Below, piece by piece: positions 10,251 through 19,916 of a stretch of 64,000 nucleotides of DNA. The stretch's first letter is position 1, and each line of letters opens with the position of its first letter. The translations under genes and the position numbers were made by a program. Under the pieces are notes generated by a model, which saw nothing but the letters and a program-made list of their open reading frames with translations, made no database searches and was not told the DNA's origin. The stretch is from Candidatus Heimdallarchaeota archaeon (GTDB lineage Archaea; Asgardarchaeota; Heimdallarchaeia; Hodarchaeales; Hodarchaeaceae), in assembly GCA_020353515.1 (NCBI GenBank), contig CP070695.1, positions 4,785,414 to 4,849,413 of the forward strand. The letters are read 5' to 3'.

Positions 10251-10634
10251 TCAGGCACCTAGGACATCCGCCATCCTTAGATACAACATAAAAGCGATAA
10301 CGAAGCCAAAGACGCCAATACCTTCAATGAAAGCAATGAAGATAATAGTCCGACCAAATACTTCAGGGCGTTCAGCGATTGCACCAATAGCAGCGGAGCT
10401 TGCTGTCCCTAAGGCAAGTGCAGCACCTACACCTGCAAGCCCCATGGCTATCCCTGCTCCAATAGCTAATCCAAAGATCGCTTGCCCTTTATCTATCTCT
10501 TGGGCTGTGCCTTGAGTTGATTCAGGACTAGCTGTAACAGTTGTTACTGCCGTTGCCAGAATTAGAATGGCTAGTGCGAATAGGCCCATTCCGAGTTGAA
10601 GTTTAATGATTTGTTTCTTCTGCAGTGTGTTCAT
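10251..10634 (-). CDS. atpK: A/V-type ATP synthase proteolipid subunit K (c)
   Basis: Gly-rich helix, AERPEVFG loop and ion-binding Glu in FIEGIG; extra N-terminal hydrophobic/signal segment. Confidence 0.9.
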   Translation of the reverse strand: MNTLQKKQIIKLQLGMGLFALAILILATAVTTVTASPESTQGTAQEIDKGQAIFGLAIGAGIAMGLAGVGAALALGTASSAAIGAIAERPEVFGRTIIFIAFIEGIGVFGFVIAFMLYLRMADVLGA

Positions 10635-10693
10635 TTCAGTTTCACCAATGATTAAAATCTTTCATTTTGTACTTTCTAATTAATCAAATAAGA

Positions 10694-11806
10694 TTACTTG
10701 AAGTAGATTAATTGTTCTCGAGCAAACCTTATGTCTATTCCTTTCCATTTCGTTTCAAAGATTATTCGTAAGTTCTCTATTTCTTGCAAACGAAATTCAA
10801 TGTAAGCCAAAAATGTGCCGATGTGAAAAGGAAATCCAGCTAAACTGGTAAATAATGTCTGGATATACCATTCTTGTTGAAGTTGCTCAATTTTGACGAT
10901 AGATTTTTCTTTTTCTCTATAATCCCGATGAATTGCTTGAATTAAATCAGAATAATTAGTATTCTGTAATCTTTCAATAGCTTCAGAGAATGACGAAGCC
11001 TTTACAGCTTGAATTAAATTGTGACTTAATCTATAATTAATTGGTATTAATTGTGGTAGTATTTCATTAGGAGGAAAATTAAGTAATTTGCCTCTTAAAA
11101 TTAAAATAATATTTGTTAAATCGATCTTGATTCCAATAATCTTTTGCGTAACTTTTCGATCTCTCTTATCTTGAGATAATATTATATGATCCCATAAATA
11201 CTTGTAATAAAACTGGTCTACCGCATTTTCCAGTAATAAAACGTTTTCTTGTTTCTCATATTCAGATATAACCGATTCTAAAGCTTCTCTCACCCAAGGA
11301 GTTTGAAGTTTTTGAATTAGATCTATAATACTCTCACTCTTTGAAATAATGGATAATTCTGTTTTATCTTCTATAGTGGGGATATAAAAGTCTTCTAGCG
11401 AATATGATTCGAGTTCCTTTGTATGGATCTGACGTATCATCTGTTTAAGGACATCAATAAAATATTTCTTGAAATAGAACCGTATTAGTTTACGAGCTTT
11501 CTTGGGTATATCATTAAACAAGATATTCATTTCATTAAATATATTTTCATGGAGGATTCGTTCTAGTTTAATGGGAAAATCCGTAGATTTCAAATCTAAA
11601 TTAGAAAAAGACTCTAGATATCGTGCTTTGTCTCGAAGGTAGGTTAAACCTTCAAATAATGAAATTGATAGTAGCTGTTCATAATCTGCAGCAGTTAATA
11701 ATTGTCCTTTACGTGCTTTGATACGGGCATTTACAAATGCATATGCCTTTGCTTCAGACACCTGCCCAAATTTCATTTTTCTGCACTCAATTTTCACAAA
11801 CAGCAA
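10694..11806 (-). CDS. atpC: A/V-type ATP synthase subunit C (V0 d-like)
   Basis: YAFVNARIKARKGQLL N-terminus, IDLTNI..LRGK and EIENLRII C-terminus; lies between subunits I and K. True start may be slightly downstream. Confidence 0.88.
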   Translation of the reverse strand: MLFVKIECRKMKFGQVSEAKAYAFVNARIKARKGQLLTAADYEQLLSISLFEGLTYLRDKARYLESFSNLDLKSTDFPIKLERILHENIFNEMNILFNDIPKKARKLIRFYFKKYFIDVLKQMIRQIHTKELESYSLEDFYIPTIEDKTELSIISKSESIIDLIQKLQTPWVREALESVISEYEKQENVLLLENAVDQFYYKYLWDHIILSQDKRDRKVTQKIIGIKIDLTNIILILRGKLLNFPPNEILPQLIPINYRLSHNLIQAVKASSFSEAIERLQNTNYSDLIQAIHRDYREKEKSIVKIEQLQQEWYIQTLFTSLAGFPFHIGTFLAYIEFRLQEIENLRIIFETKWKGIDIRFAREQLIYFK

Positions 11807-11820
11807 TAATAGACATATAT

Positions 11821-13959
11821 TTAATTTCCAGAAATAGTATATAGTCTATTTTCTTTAAACGGTTTAAAAGTATAACCTGATCCTTGGAAATGGATTTTGG
11901 AAAAAAATTCAACCCAACAAAGACGTAATGACTGAAGGAATGATACTAGTAATTCCAGCGGTATCACAACAAATCCACCTAATATCATACCGGGGAGAAA
12001 TTCAATAAGACTGTGGGCATTACCAGAGAACAATTGGATGAAAACTAGAGAGAGAGAACCATGTACCATTGTATAGGCGAATATTCGTGCAAATGAAATA
12101 GTGTTTGAAATCAATGTTATAAGATAATCAAGTAATTCACCAATTCCATCCATTCCATGTCGAAAATGATAAATTGCAGAGAATATCAGAGGAACTATTA
12201 GTAAAGCAAGTGGGTAACTGATATTTGTTCCAGGAATTGGAAAAACTGGAATTCCCCAGCTAGTAGCGTTTAAACTTTCAAATAGTGTTCCAACTGAACT
12301 AGTAAAGTCAATATGGTGGTGATGCATGATTTCCTCTTGACTTTGAGCAATAGTTTGCAAAGCTCTTAGATCAAACTTACCATTCGTTTCATTTAACCAT
12401 AAAGTAGGATTTGGGCCAAAGGTGAATACTAAAAATACTAACCCAACATAGAAAAGGAAAAACATACCTGGTAAAAATATTGCCTCTTTCTTATCATGAT
12501 CCCACGATCCTAAGAATTGAATAATCAAGGCAGAACCAATAACTATACATCCCAGAAAGATCGCAAGCTCCAATAAAGCAAACTGACCTCCCTCGATTTC
12601 AGGTGAAAACCATAGAATAGGTAAACCAACTTCTAAAGCATGATGCCCTCCAAGTCCCCGATAACTTCCAAAGAGAAAACCAAATATCATAGCTGTGGAA
12701 CCTAGTGTTACTAGAACTGGACCCCCTCTGTCGAAATAGGTTTGAAGTTCAGCAAGCATGGCATTCTTCGAATATTTCTTAGGACTTAAAGATAAGCCAT
12801 ATAATCCGAGAAGAAAGACTACTAGTCCGTCAATAACATCTCCAAACATGATACCAAAAAAGATTGGAATTAAAATACTCAAAAATTTAGTAGGATCCCA
12901 TTCTTTGTATCCAGGAACACCAAAACCGTAAACAAGTCCCTCGAAGGAGCGTGAATAGATATTGTTTCGTACACTGGTGGGAAATTCGCTACTTTCAAGC
13001 TTTGGTTCAATTATCTCCACAAGAATTGAAGAATCGAATTTTTCAACCGCTTTAAGAAATTTTTTTGATTTCTTTCTCCATAACCATGCCCAAATAATGT
13101 AATGTTGCTTTCGTAATTGGGTACGTTGTAAAATTTTTAATCTATTTCCTTCTAATGATAGTTGTTCCTCCATAGCACGAATAGATAACTCATACTCGTT
13201 AACTAATTCCTTTATTCTATGTTGAAGTATCTCGATTTCTTGTTTACGTCTTGTCAGCTCGTTATTTGCCTGATCGATAGCTTCTAGGGGGGTGTCCTGA
13301 AGTTCTTTCGGAAAGCTGACCTCTTCAAATCCCAATCCACTTAATAACCGATTAAGGGCTGCCTGGTGAGATTTCATTGCTCCTACGAGGCAAATGATCT
13401 TTGCTTTTTTCGAAGGAACGGGAATGAAAACAAAATCCCCCCCAGTGAGTTGATCAAGTGCCATTTCTAGACGATATTGATGAATCCCTTTCAAGAAACC
13501 AAGTGTTGCATAGAAGTGGCTGCCCTCACCTAAATCCTGAATATTCTGGATTTCTAGATTTTTAATTTCTTTTAATGAATTAATTACACTTTCATAACTA
13601 TAAATTTCCTCCCCAAGAACTTTTATCCTCTCTAGTTCCTTTATCAATGATTGAGTGTTCTCTAACAAAGATTGTGCTTTCTCATTGAGATCTAACAATG
13701 AAAGGTCTTCAAGGTTCATGTTTCCTTTGGATTTTGAACCTATCCCATTTAAAAGTTCAACTATTTGCACGAATTCAGCATGTAAGTCGATTGTTCGTGA
13801 TTCTACATCCGTAAGTGACAGTGGTTCAGATTGGGCAACCTTTACCAAGTCGATAATCTCTAATTCGTATTTATTACATACTTGATTAAGGAACTGTCTT
13901 CCCAGTTCCCTTTTAACGCTGATTTTGGCGATGCTCATTTTTTCAGGGCGAAACCCCAC
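11821..13959 (-). CDS. atpI: A/V-type ATP synthase subunit I (a)
   Basis: FRPEKM N-terminus, PGYKEWDPT, FFGIMFGD, essential Arg in SNTISFARI, and LRLCWVEFFSK..G.G..FKPF. Confidence 0.93.
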   Translation of the reverse strand: MGFRPEKMSIAKISVKRELGRQFLNQVCNKYELEIIDLVKVAQSEPLSLTDVESRTIDLHAEFVQIVELLNGIGSKSKGNMNLEDLSLLDLNEKAQSLLENTQSLIKELERIKVLGEEIYSYESVINSLKEIKNLEIQNIQDLGEGSHFYATLGFLKGIHQYRLEMALDQLTGGDFVFIPVPSKKAKIICLVGAMKSHQAALNRLLSGLGFEEVSFPKELQDTPLEAIDQANNELTRRKQEIEILQHRIKELVNEYELSIRAMEEQLSLEGNRLKILQRTQLRKQHYIIWAWLWRKKSKKFLKAVEKFDSSILVEIIEPKLESSEFPTSVRNNIYSRSFEGLVYGFGVPGYKEWDPTKFLSILIPIFFGIMFGDVIDGLVVFLLGLYGLSLSPKKYSKNAMLAELQTYFDRGGPVLVTLGSTAMIFGFLFGSYRGLGGHHALEVGLPILWFSPEIEGGQFALLELAIFLGCIVIGSALIIQFLGSWDHDKKEAIFLPGMFFLFYVGLVFLVFTFGPNPTLWLNETNGKFDLRALQTIAQSQEEIMHHHHIDFTSSVGTLFESLNATSWGIPVFPIPGTNISYPLALLIVPLIFSAIYHFRHGMDGIGELLDYLITLISNTISFARIFAYTMVHGSLSLVFIQLFSGNAHSLIEFLPGMILGGFVVIPLELLVSFLQSLRLCWVEFFSKIHFQGSGYTFKPFKENRLYTISGN

Positions 13960-14059
13960 TCTGTACGCCTCCGTGGAATGTCCTTGACAAGTAATTATCG
14001 ACTTGAGGAATGCAGTTATTATTTATTTCGAGAAAAAAAGATAGCTCAATGGGGATAAA

Positions 14060-15136
14060 ATGGATAATATTGAAACAGAAACTAAAGAAGAACAACCACC
14101 CGTCCATGTTACTACTGAATTATTACCAGATCTTTTATCCACAATGACCCCCAGTGATTTAAACAGCTATTTGCAGATTAAACGACAGAAGCAAGGATTA
14201 ATGAGAGATATTCCTCTTTCTAAATTGTTTTTCCTATTTGAGAGAGAGACTACCTTGAATGTTATATCACACCAAGTTCACCTCTCTGAAACTATTGAAT
14301 TAATTGCAGGCATATTAGTTTCAGAAGATATAAGGCAATATAGAGGATTATTATTGAATATGGAACGAACTGCGATCTATTTCTATTTATTCTATTGGAT
14401 ATTCCGCTTTTTAAACAATTTTAAATCCTCAAGGTTAGCTCTTGAAAGCTATTCTTCATTTTGGTTTTTCTTTGAGTTTCTTTGGAAATTGCAATTCCCT
14501 TGGGGTTTAATCCGTCCAGGAGCCATTCCCCACCCAATAATTCACACACAGATTCCAGAAATCCAAAAAAGCATAAATATCCAACAAAAACATGCTTGGA
14601 AAATAGCCAAGTCTATTGAAAAAAAAACAACAACAAAAAAAACCCTTAAAGAAGTGAAAAACCTTACTTTGGATGTAGTGAAAAAAACGGGAATTACGGG
14701 GCCGTTTGCTCGGGCTTCAGGAACCACTCCACCATCAGTTGGATCATCTTCTTTTTTTAAAAGAAAATCAGCTCAGGATTTTCTTAAATATACTTATGCT
14801 ACTGAAAATAATCTACTAAATGTGTTACGAGTCAGCTATACAGAATTAATTTTGAGTCTAGATCAAATTTCACGATTACTGAAAGAATATTCTATTGTAT
14901 ATCAAGAAACTTCTAATTTTTTGAATGGAGAAGCAACAACTTCTTTTTCGACTACTCTTGGTGAAAGCCATTTAACCCTTAATATTTTAGATAATCAAGT
15001 CACATATTTCAACTTCATTCCTCCTCAAATGCTGAATATAACTGGAGTCGTAGAAAGTCTTTCTACATGTCCAAGCTCCCTACAATCGGTCATTTTATTG
15101 TTTTTTGACCCTGAATTTATTATTAATCTTGGGTGA
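14060..15136 (+). CDS. Degenerate group-4 [NiFe]-hydrogenase large subunit / NuoD-like protein lacking Ni-binding cysteines
   Basis: ER......H....IE.IAGI.V......R.L...MER segment, GITGPFARASG motif, LGE...F.PP..N and terminal DP; both CxxC motifs are absent. Confidence 0.7.
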   Translation: MDNIETETKEEQPPVHVTTELLPDLLSTMTPSDLNSYLQIKRQKQGLMRDIPLSKLFFLFERETTLNVISHQVHLSETIELIAGILVSEDIRQYRGLLLNMERTAIYFYLFYWIFRFLNNFKSSRLALESYSSFWFFFEFLWKLQFPWGLIRPGAIPHPIIHTQIPEIQKSINIQQKHAWKIAKSIEKKTTTKKTLKEVKNLTLDVVKKTGITGPFARASGTTPPSVGSSSFFKRKSAQDFLKYTYATENNLLNVLRVSYTELILSLDQISRLLKEYSIVYQETSNFLNGEATTSFSTTLGESHLTLNILDNQVTYFNFIPPQMLNITGVVESLSTCPSSLQSVILLFFDPEFIINLG

Positions 15137-15505
15137 TTGCTAGTGATACCGTCTCAGCTCCTATTCCTGTCTTTTATCTTAATAATTTTTATCCTCTTAA
15201 TCTTACTAGCTTTAGATATTGATTTTTTAGGTCGTTTATTTTTACGTGAAGAATCTTGGCCCTTTCCCAAAACTTCCTCCCATGAAAATGATGTTGAAGA
15301 CATTAGGCGCCAGATAAATCTTAAGGTTCCTCAAAAAAATCTTGTAGAGAGATTAATCAGAATATGCCCAGTAGAGGCGATTACGAAATCAAGTGGGCCT
15401 GAAGACCCTATAATAATTTCAGAAACACAATGCTTAGGTTATTCTTGCCGTGAATGTTTAAGACTTGTCTTTTCAACACATTATAACACGGAGGCAAGTG
15501 AATAA
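15137..15505 (+). CDS. Membrane-anchored degenerate ferredoxin-like (NuoI/HycF-like) protein
   Basis: N-terminal TM helix, then RICPVEAI and CLGYSCREC (about one cluster's worth of Cys). The start may be GTG 15143. Confidence 0.6.
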   Translation: MLVIPSQLLFLSFILIIFILLILLALDIDFLGRLFLREESWPFPKTSSHENDVEDIRRQINLKVPQKNLVERLIRICPVEAITKSSGPEDPIIISETQCLGYSCRECLRLVFSTHYNTEASE

Positions 15506-15563
15506 GCCGAAGATACTACTTCAAAATGCTATTCTTTTCAAAAAAGTAAAAAAATTGGAGGAA

Positions 15564-18008
15564 TTATGGTTTGATACCTAATTCCTGTTCCTTTTTCGCA
15601 ATATCAAGTTTTGTTTTCACAACTGTATCTGGATTTAAACTCATAGAATCGATTCCACATTCGACAAGAAATGTTGCAAACTCTGGAAAATCACTTGGAG
15701 CTTGTCCACAAATACCAATTTTTCTACCTTTCTCTTTAGCTGTATCAATAACAGACTTTACCAGTCGCTTTACTGACGTATCTCGTTCATCATAAATATG
15801 TGCAACTAATTCTGAGTCACGATCAAGTCCAAGAGCAAGTTGAGTAAGGTCGTTACTCCCAATTGAGAATCCATCAAAAACTTCCGCGAATCCATCAGCT
15901 TCAATAACATTTGATGGGATCTCAGCCATGACATAAACTTCTAGTCCATTCTCACCTTGTTTAAGCCCTGCATCAGCCATTGCAGCTATAACTTTCCTGC
16001 CTTCTTCTACTGTACGACAGAATGGAATCATTGTAATGACATTTGTTAAACCCATTTCATCCCGAACTCGTTTAATGGCTTTACATTCCATGATGAACGC
16101 TGGTTTGAAGCTTGGATCATAATAACGGGAAGCACCACGCCAACCAATCATAGGATTAGATTCATCAGGTTCATAAAGAGCGCCCCCGATTAAATTGGCA
16201 TACTCATTTGTCTTAAAATCTGATAATCGCACAACAACATCGTTGGGATAGAAACCAGCAGCAATACGTCCAATTCCCATCGCTAAGTTTTCAATAAAGA
16301 ATTCCTCTTTATCTTCATAAGCTGCCGTCTTCTCATCAATCTTTCTAATAATTTCACGGATTTCCCCATCAGTGTCAGCTTTTTCTTTAAGCTCCTCGTA
16401 ATGGTGTAAGGCAAGAGGATGAATACCAATATAGGAGTTTATAATGAATTCTTCCCGTGCTAATCCGACCCCATCGTTGGGGATTTGACCTTGGTCAAAA
16501 GCCTTCTCTGGTATACCCACGTTCATCATAATCTTTGTACGTGTCTCTGGCATTTGATCCAAAAAGATTCTTTCGACATTGAAAGGAAGGATACCTTCAT
16601 AGATAATACCTTCCTGACCTTCTGCACAAGAAGCTGTGACCTCTATACCATCTTTCAATACTTTTGTTGCAGTTTCAGTCCCAATAACCGCAGGAATTCC
16701 AAGTTCTCGAGAAACAATGGCCGCGTGACATGTACGTCCTCCACGATTTGTTACGATTGCAGACGCGATTTTCATAATTGGCTCCCAGTCAGGATCTGTC
16801 ATATCAGTGACTAGTACTTCTCCTTTTTTGAATTCATGAATTCGAGAAGATTTTTCTATGACATTAACTTTACCTTGTCCTATTTTAGACCCTACTGCTT
16901 GACCTTTTACTAGTTCTTTCCCTCTTTCACTCAAGACATATGTTTCAATCACATTAGCAGCTTTCTGTGAATGGACTGTTTCTGGCCGTGCCTGAACAAT
17001 ATAGAGTTTCCCGTCTCCTTCATAATCTCCATCTCCATTCTTGGCCCATTCAATGTCCATAGGTTTTCCATAATGATCTTCAATTATTGCAGCCCACTTA
17101 GCGAGCTGGATGGCTTCATCATCAGAAATACAGAATGATTTTCGCATAGATTCTGGGGTATCAACATTTTTGGTTGGACGACGCTGATCTGAGGTGTAAA
17201 CCATCATTTCTTCCTTAGTTCCAAGGCGTTTTCCAATGATTGGGCGTTTTCCATCTTTCAATGTTGGCTTAAAAACATAAAATTCATCAGGATTGACAGC
17301 GCCTTGAACCACATTTTCACCAAGACCAAAAGCACCAGTAATATATACTGCATCTTTGAATCCAGATTCAGTATCAATTGAGAAAATTACTCCAGATGAT
17401 GCTGCATCAGAACGAACCATGACTTGGACACCTATCGAAAGATAGACATCAAAGTGACCAAAACCCTTATCTTCTCTATAGCTTATGGCACGATTAGTGA
17501 AAAGGCTAGCAAAACATGAACGGCAAGCGTATAACAGTGACTCTTCTCCTCGAATATTGAGATAGGTTTCTTGTTGGCCTGCAAAAGAAGCATCAGGAAG
17601 ATCTTCAGCAGTAGCAGAAGAACGAACTGCAACATCAGCATCTAATGTTCCAATCTCTTCACAGAGTTTGTGGTATGCTTCTCGGATTTCTTTATCTAAA
17701 TCTTCCGGAAGTTTAGCATATCGAATTGTTTCTCTTACTTTCCGTCCTCTCTCTTGAAGATTGCGAATATCATGAGTATCTAGTCCATCTAAAGCTTCTC
17801 TAACTGCATCTTCAATTCCAGCGTCTTTAAGAAGATGGCGATACGCAGCAGCGGTGATAGCAAACCCATTAGGGACTAAAACTCCTTTCTCTTTGAGACT
17901 ATGGTACATTTCTCCTAAAGAGGCGTTCTTTCCTCCGACTAACGGCACATCTTCGATCCTGAGCTCATCGAACCAAAGAATAAACTTCTCGCTTTTATTT
18001 TCTGACAT
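15564..18008 (-). CDS. ppsA: Phosphoenolpyruvate synthase (pyruvate, water dikinase)
   Basis: VGGKNASLGEM, AVRSSATAEDLPDASFAGQQETY, GGRTCHAAI (phospho-His) and FSIGSNDLTQ. ATG 18008 preferred over the ORF-track start 18044. Confidence 0.97.
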   Translation of the reverse strand: MSENKSEKFILWFDELRIEDVPLVGGKNASLGEMYHSLKEKGVLVPNGFAITAAAYRHLLKDAGIEDAVREALDGLDTHDIRNLQERGRKVRETIRYAKLPEDLDKEIREAYHKLCEEIGTLDADVAVRSSATAEDLPDASFAGQQETYLNIRGEESLLYACRSCFASLFTNRAISYREDKGFGHFDVYLSIGVQVMVRSDAASSGVIFSIDTESGFKDAVYITGAFGLGENVVQGAVNPDEFYVFKPTLKDGKRPIIGKRLGTKEEMMVYTSDQRRPTKNVDTPESMRKSFCISDDEAIQLAKWAAIIEDHYGKPMDIEWAKNGDGDYEGDGKLYIVQARPETVHSQKAANVIETYVLSERGKELVKGQAVGSKIGQGKVNVIEKSSRIHEFKKGEVLVTDMTDPDWEPIMKIASAIVTNRGGRTCHAAIVSRELGIPAVIGTETATKVLKDGIEVTASCAEGQEGIIYEGILPFNVERIFLDQMPETRTKIMMNVGIPEKAFDQGQIPNDGVGLAREEFIINSYIGIHPLALHHYEELKEKADTDGEIREIIRKIDEKTAAYEDKEEFFIENLAMGIGRIAAGFYPNDVVVRLSDFKTNEYANLIGGALYEPDESNPMIGWRGASRYYDPSFKPAFIMECKAIKRVRDEMGLTNVITMIPFCRTVEEGRKVIAAMADAGLKQGENGLEVYVMAEIPSNVIEADGFAEVFDGFSIGSNDLTQLALGLDRDSELVAHIYDERDTSVKRLVKSVIDTAKEKGRKIGICGQAPSDFPEFATFLVECGIDSMSLNPDTVVKTKLDIAKKEQELGIKP

Positions 18009-18195
18009 AATTCCACACGTCAATGAATTAATAACTAACAACACAAATTAAGACGAATTCCTTACCAAACTTGGTTTATTTCGCCAAGTGGCCTCTTTTA
18101 AACAACGATATATATATGTAATTTAATACAGGATTACATCTACTACTATCATAAATAAAAGAGAAGAAAATAGAGACCGAACACGAATCCTTCTA

Positions 18196-19467
18196 TTATA
18201 ATTGCCTGAAATTAATTCCTGCATAAGTCGCTTGGTCACCTAACTGCTCCTCAATGCGAATTAACTGATTATATTTTGCTAATCTTTCAGATCGACATGG
18301 AGCACCCGTTTTGATTTGGCCCGTTTTTAATCCTACTACTAAATCAGCTATGAATGGGTCTTCTGTCTCACCTGATCTATGTGAAACCATAACTGTCCAC
18401 CCATTATCTTGACTTAATTTTGCCGCATTAATACTTTCTGTGACGGATCCAATCTGATTAACTTTTAACAAGAGAGCATTACAGGCTTTCTTATCAATCG
18501 CTGTTTGAATACGCTTAACGTTGGTAACCAACAGGTCATCTCCCACAATTTGTAATTTATCTCCATTTCTCTTTGTAAATTTTTGAAAAGTTCCCCAATC
18601 ATCTTGATCAAAAGCGTCCTCGATAGAAACTATTGGATATTTTTCAAGGAAATTTTCGTAAACCTCTATAAACGTATCCCCGTCTATACTTTTACCATCT
18701 ACGATGTATTTTCCATCTTCGTAGAATTCAGATGCAGCGGGATCCAATGCAAGCTGAAATTTCCCTGTATGTCCAGCCTCATCAATTGCTTCCATTATAA
18801 ACTTCAAAGGCTCTTCAACCAAGCTTAAAGGTGGGGCAAATCCACCTTCATCACCAACATTGACTGCAGTAGGTCCATACTTCTGTTTGAGAAGTTTTTT
18901 CAATGTATGATATACTTCAACACCTAATACCATTGCTTCTTTGAATGTGGGTGCATCAACGGGCAGTAACATAAATTCCTGAAATGCAATGTCGTTACCG
19001 CCGTGTTCTCCTCCATTAATAACATTTAAACTAGGAACAGGTAACACAAATCGGTCATTACCTCTTAGATTTCCCAGGTGCTCATAAAGAGGGATACCTT
19101 GGGATAATGCTCCCGCTTTGCAAACAGCCATAGAAATTCCTAGAATGGCATTTGCTCCGAGTTTTGACTTATTATCGGTTCCATCCAGTTCAAGCAGTAG
19201 GTTATCAATATCTGTCTGGTTTATTGGATCCATTCCAACCAACTTGGGACTGACACTACCCACATTTGCCACTGCTTGTGACACTGATTTTCCCATAAGT
19301 CTGGTACCTCCATCTCGCAATTCCAGAGCTTCATGGATACCAGTGGAAGCACCAGATGGCACCATAGCCCGAGTAAGCGTACCATCATCAAGTGTACACT
19401 CCACTTCTACCGTGGGATTCCCACGAGAGTCAAACACTTCTCTTGCATAAATTTTTTGAATACTCAC
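18196..19467 (-). CDS. eno: Enolase
   Basis: [40 protein letters not shown] and [11 protein letters not shown]. Confidence 0.98.
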   Translation of the reverse strand: MSIQKIYAREVFDSRGNPTVEVECTLDDGTLTRAMVPSGASTGIHEALELRDGGTRLMGKSVSQAVANVGSVSPKLVGMDPINQTDIDNLLLELDGTDNKSKLGANAILGISMAVCKAGALSQGIPLYEHLGNLRGNDRFVLPVPSLNVINGGEHGGNDIAFQEFMLLPVDAPTFKEAMVLGVEVYHTLKKLLKQKYGPTAVNVGDEGGFAPPLSLVEEPLKFIMEAIDEAGHTGKFQLALDPAASEFYEDGKYIVDGKSIDGDTFIEVYENFLEKYPIVSIEDAFDQDDWGTFQKFTKRNGDKLQIVGDDLLVTNVKRIQTAIDKKACNALLLKVNQIGSVTESINAAKLSQDNGWTVMVSHRSGETEDPFIADLVVGLKTGQIKTGAPCRSERLAKYNQLIRIEEQLGDQATYAGINFRQL

Positions 19468-19916
19468 TAGAAAATCTCCTTATAATTTGATCATAAATTT
19501 ATTCTTGATGACTTATTAAATTGATTTGAGTTCCTGCTTTTTTGCTATATTTCTTTCTGATAAATCTTTATGTATTAATAAAAATAAGGGAAAAATCAGT
19601 TTTTATTATTAGAGAATGAAGCTGATTAAATTGAAGGAGTTAATTGAAAAAATTCTAAAAAAATACAAAATTTACCTGATCCAGCTAATTTGGCTGAAGT
19701 AATCGGGAAAATACTGGAATTGAACGATAAATTAACGTTCAATCCATTTTTTAAGCCAAATTTCAGCATAGGATAACCATGGGGTAGGTACACGAACAGT
19801 AAGATGATTGGGTTTAGTAATAATCATCATAGATTTTAAGAAAGACTCTCAAAAGATTGTGGGCATTTTTTGGAAGAGGAGAAAAAGAAAAAAAGATTGA
19901 GGAAGATTAAACTCTC

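Noticed and set aside
15134-15145. Single in-frame TGA between ORFs 14060-15136 and 15137-15505, suggesting selenocysteine or readthrough fusion
   Set aside because: The TGA is not at a conserved Cys position and no SECIS-like element was recognised. GGTGA also works as an SD for GTG 15143, so two separate genes is simpler.
19500-19900. Possible frameshifted gene remnant between eno and etfA
   Set aside because: Only short open frames around an A-run, with no recognisable homology; cannot be supported.
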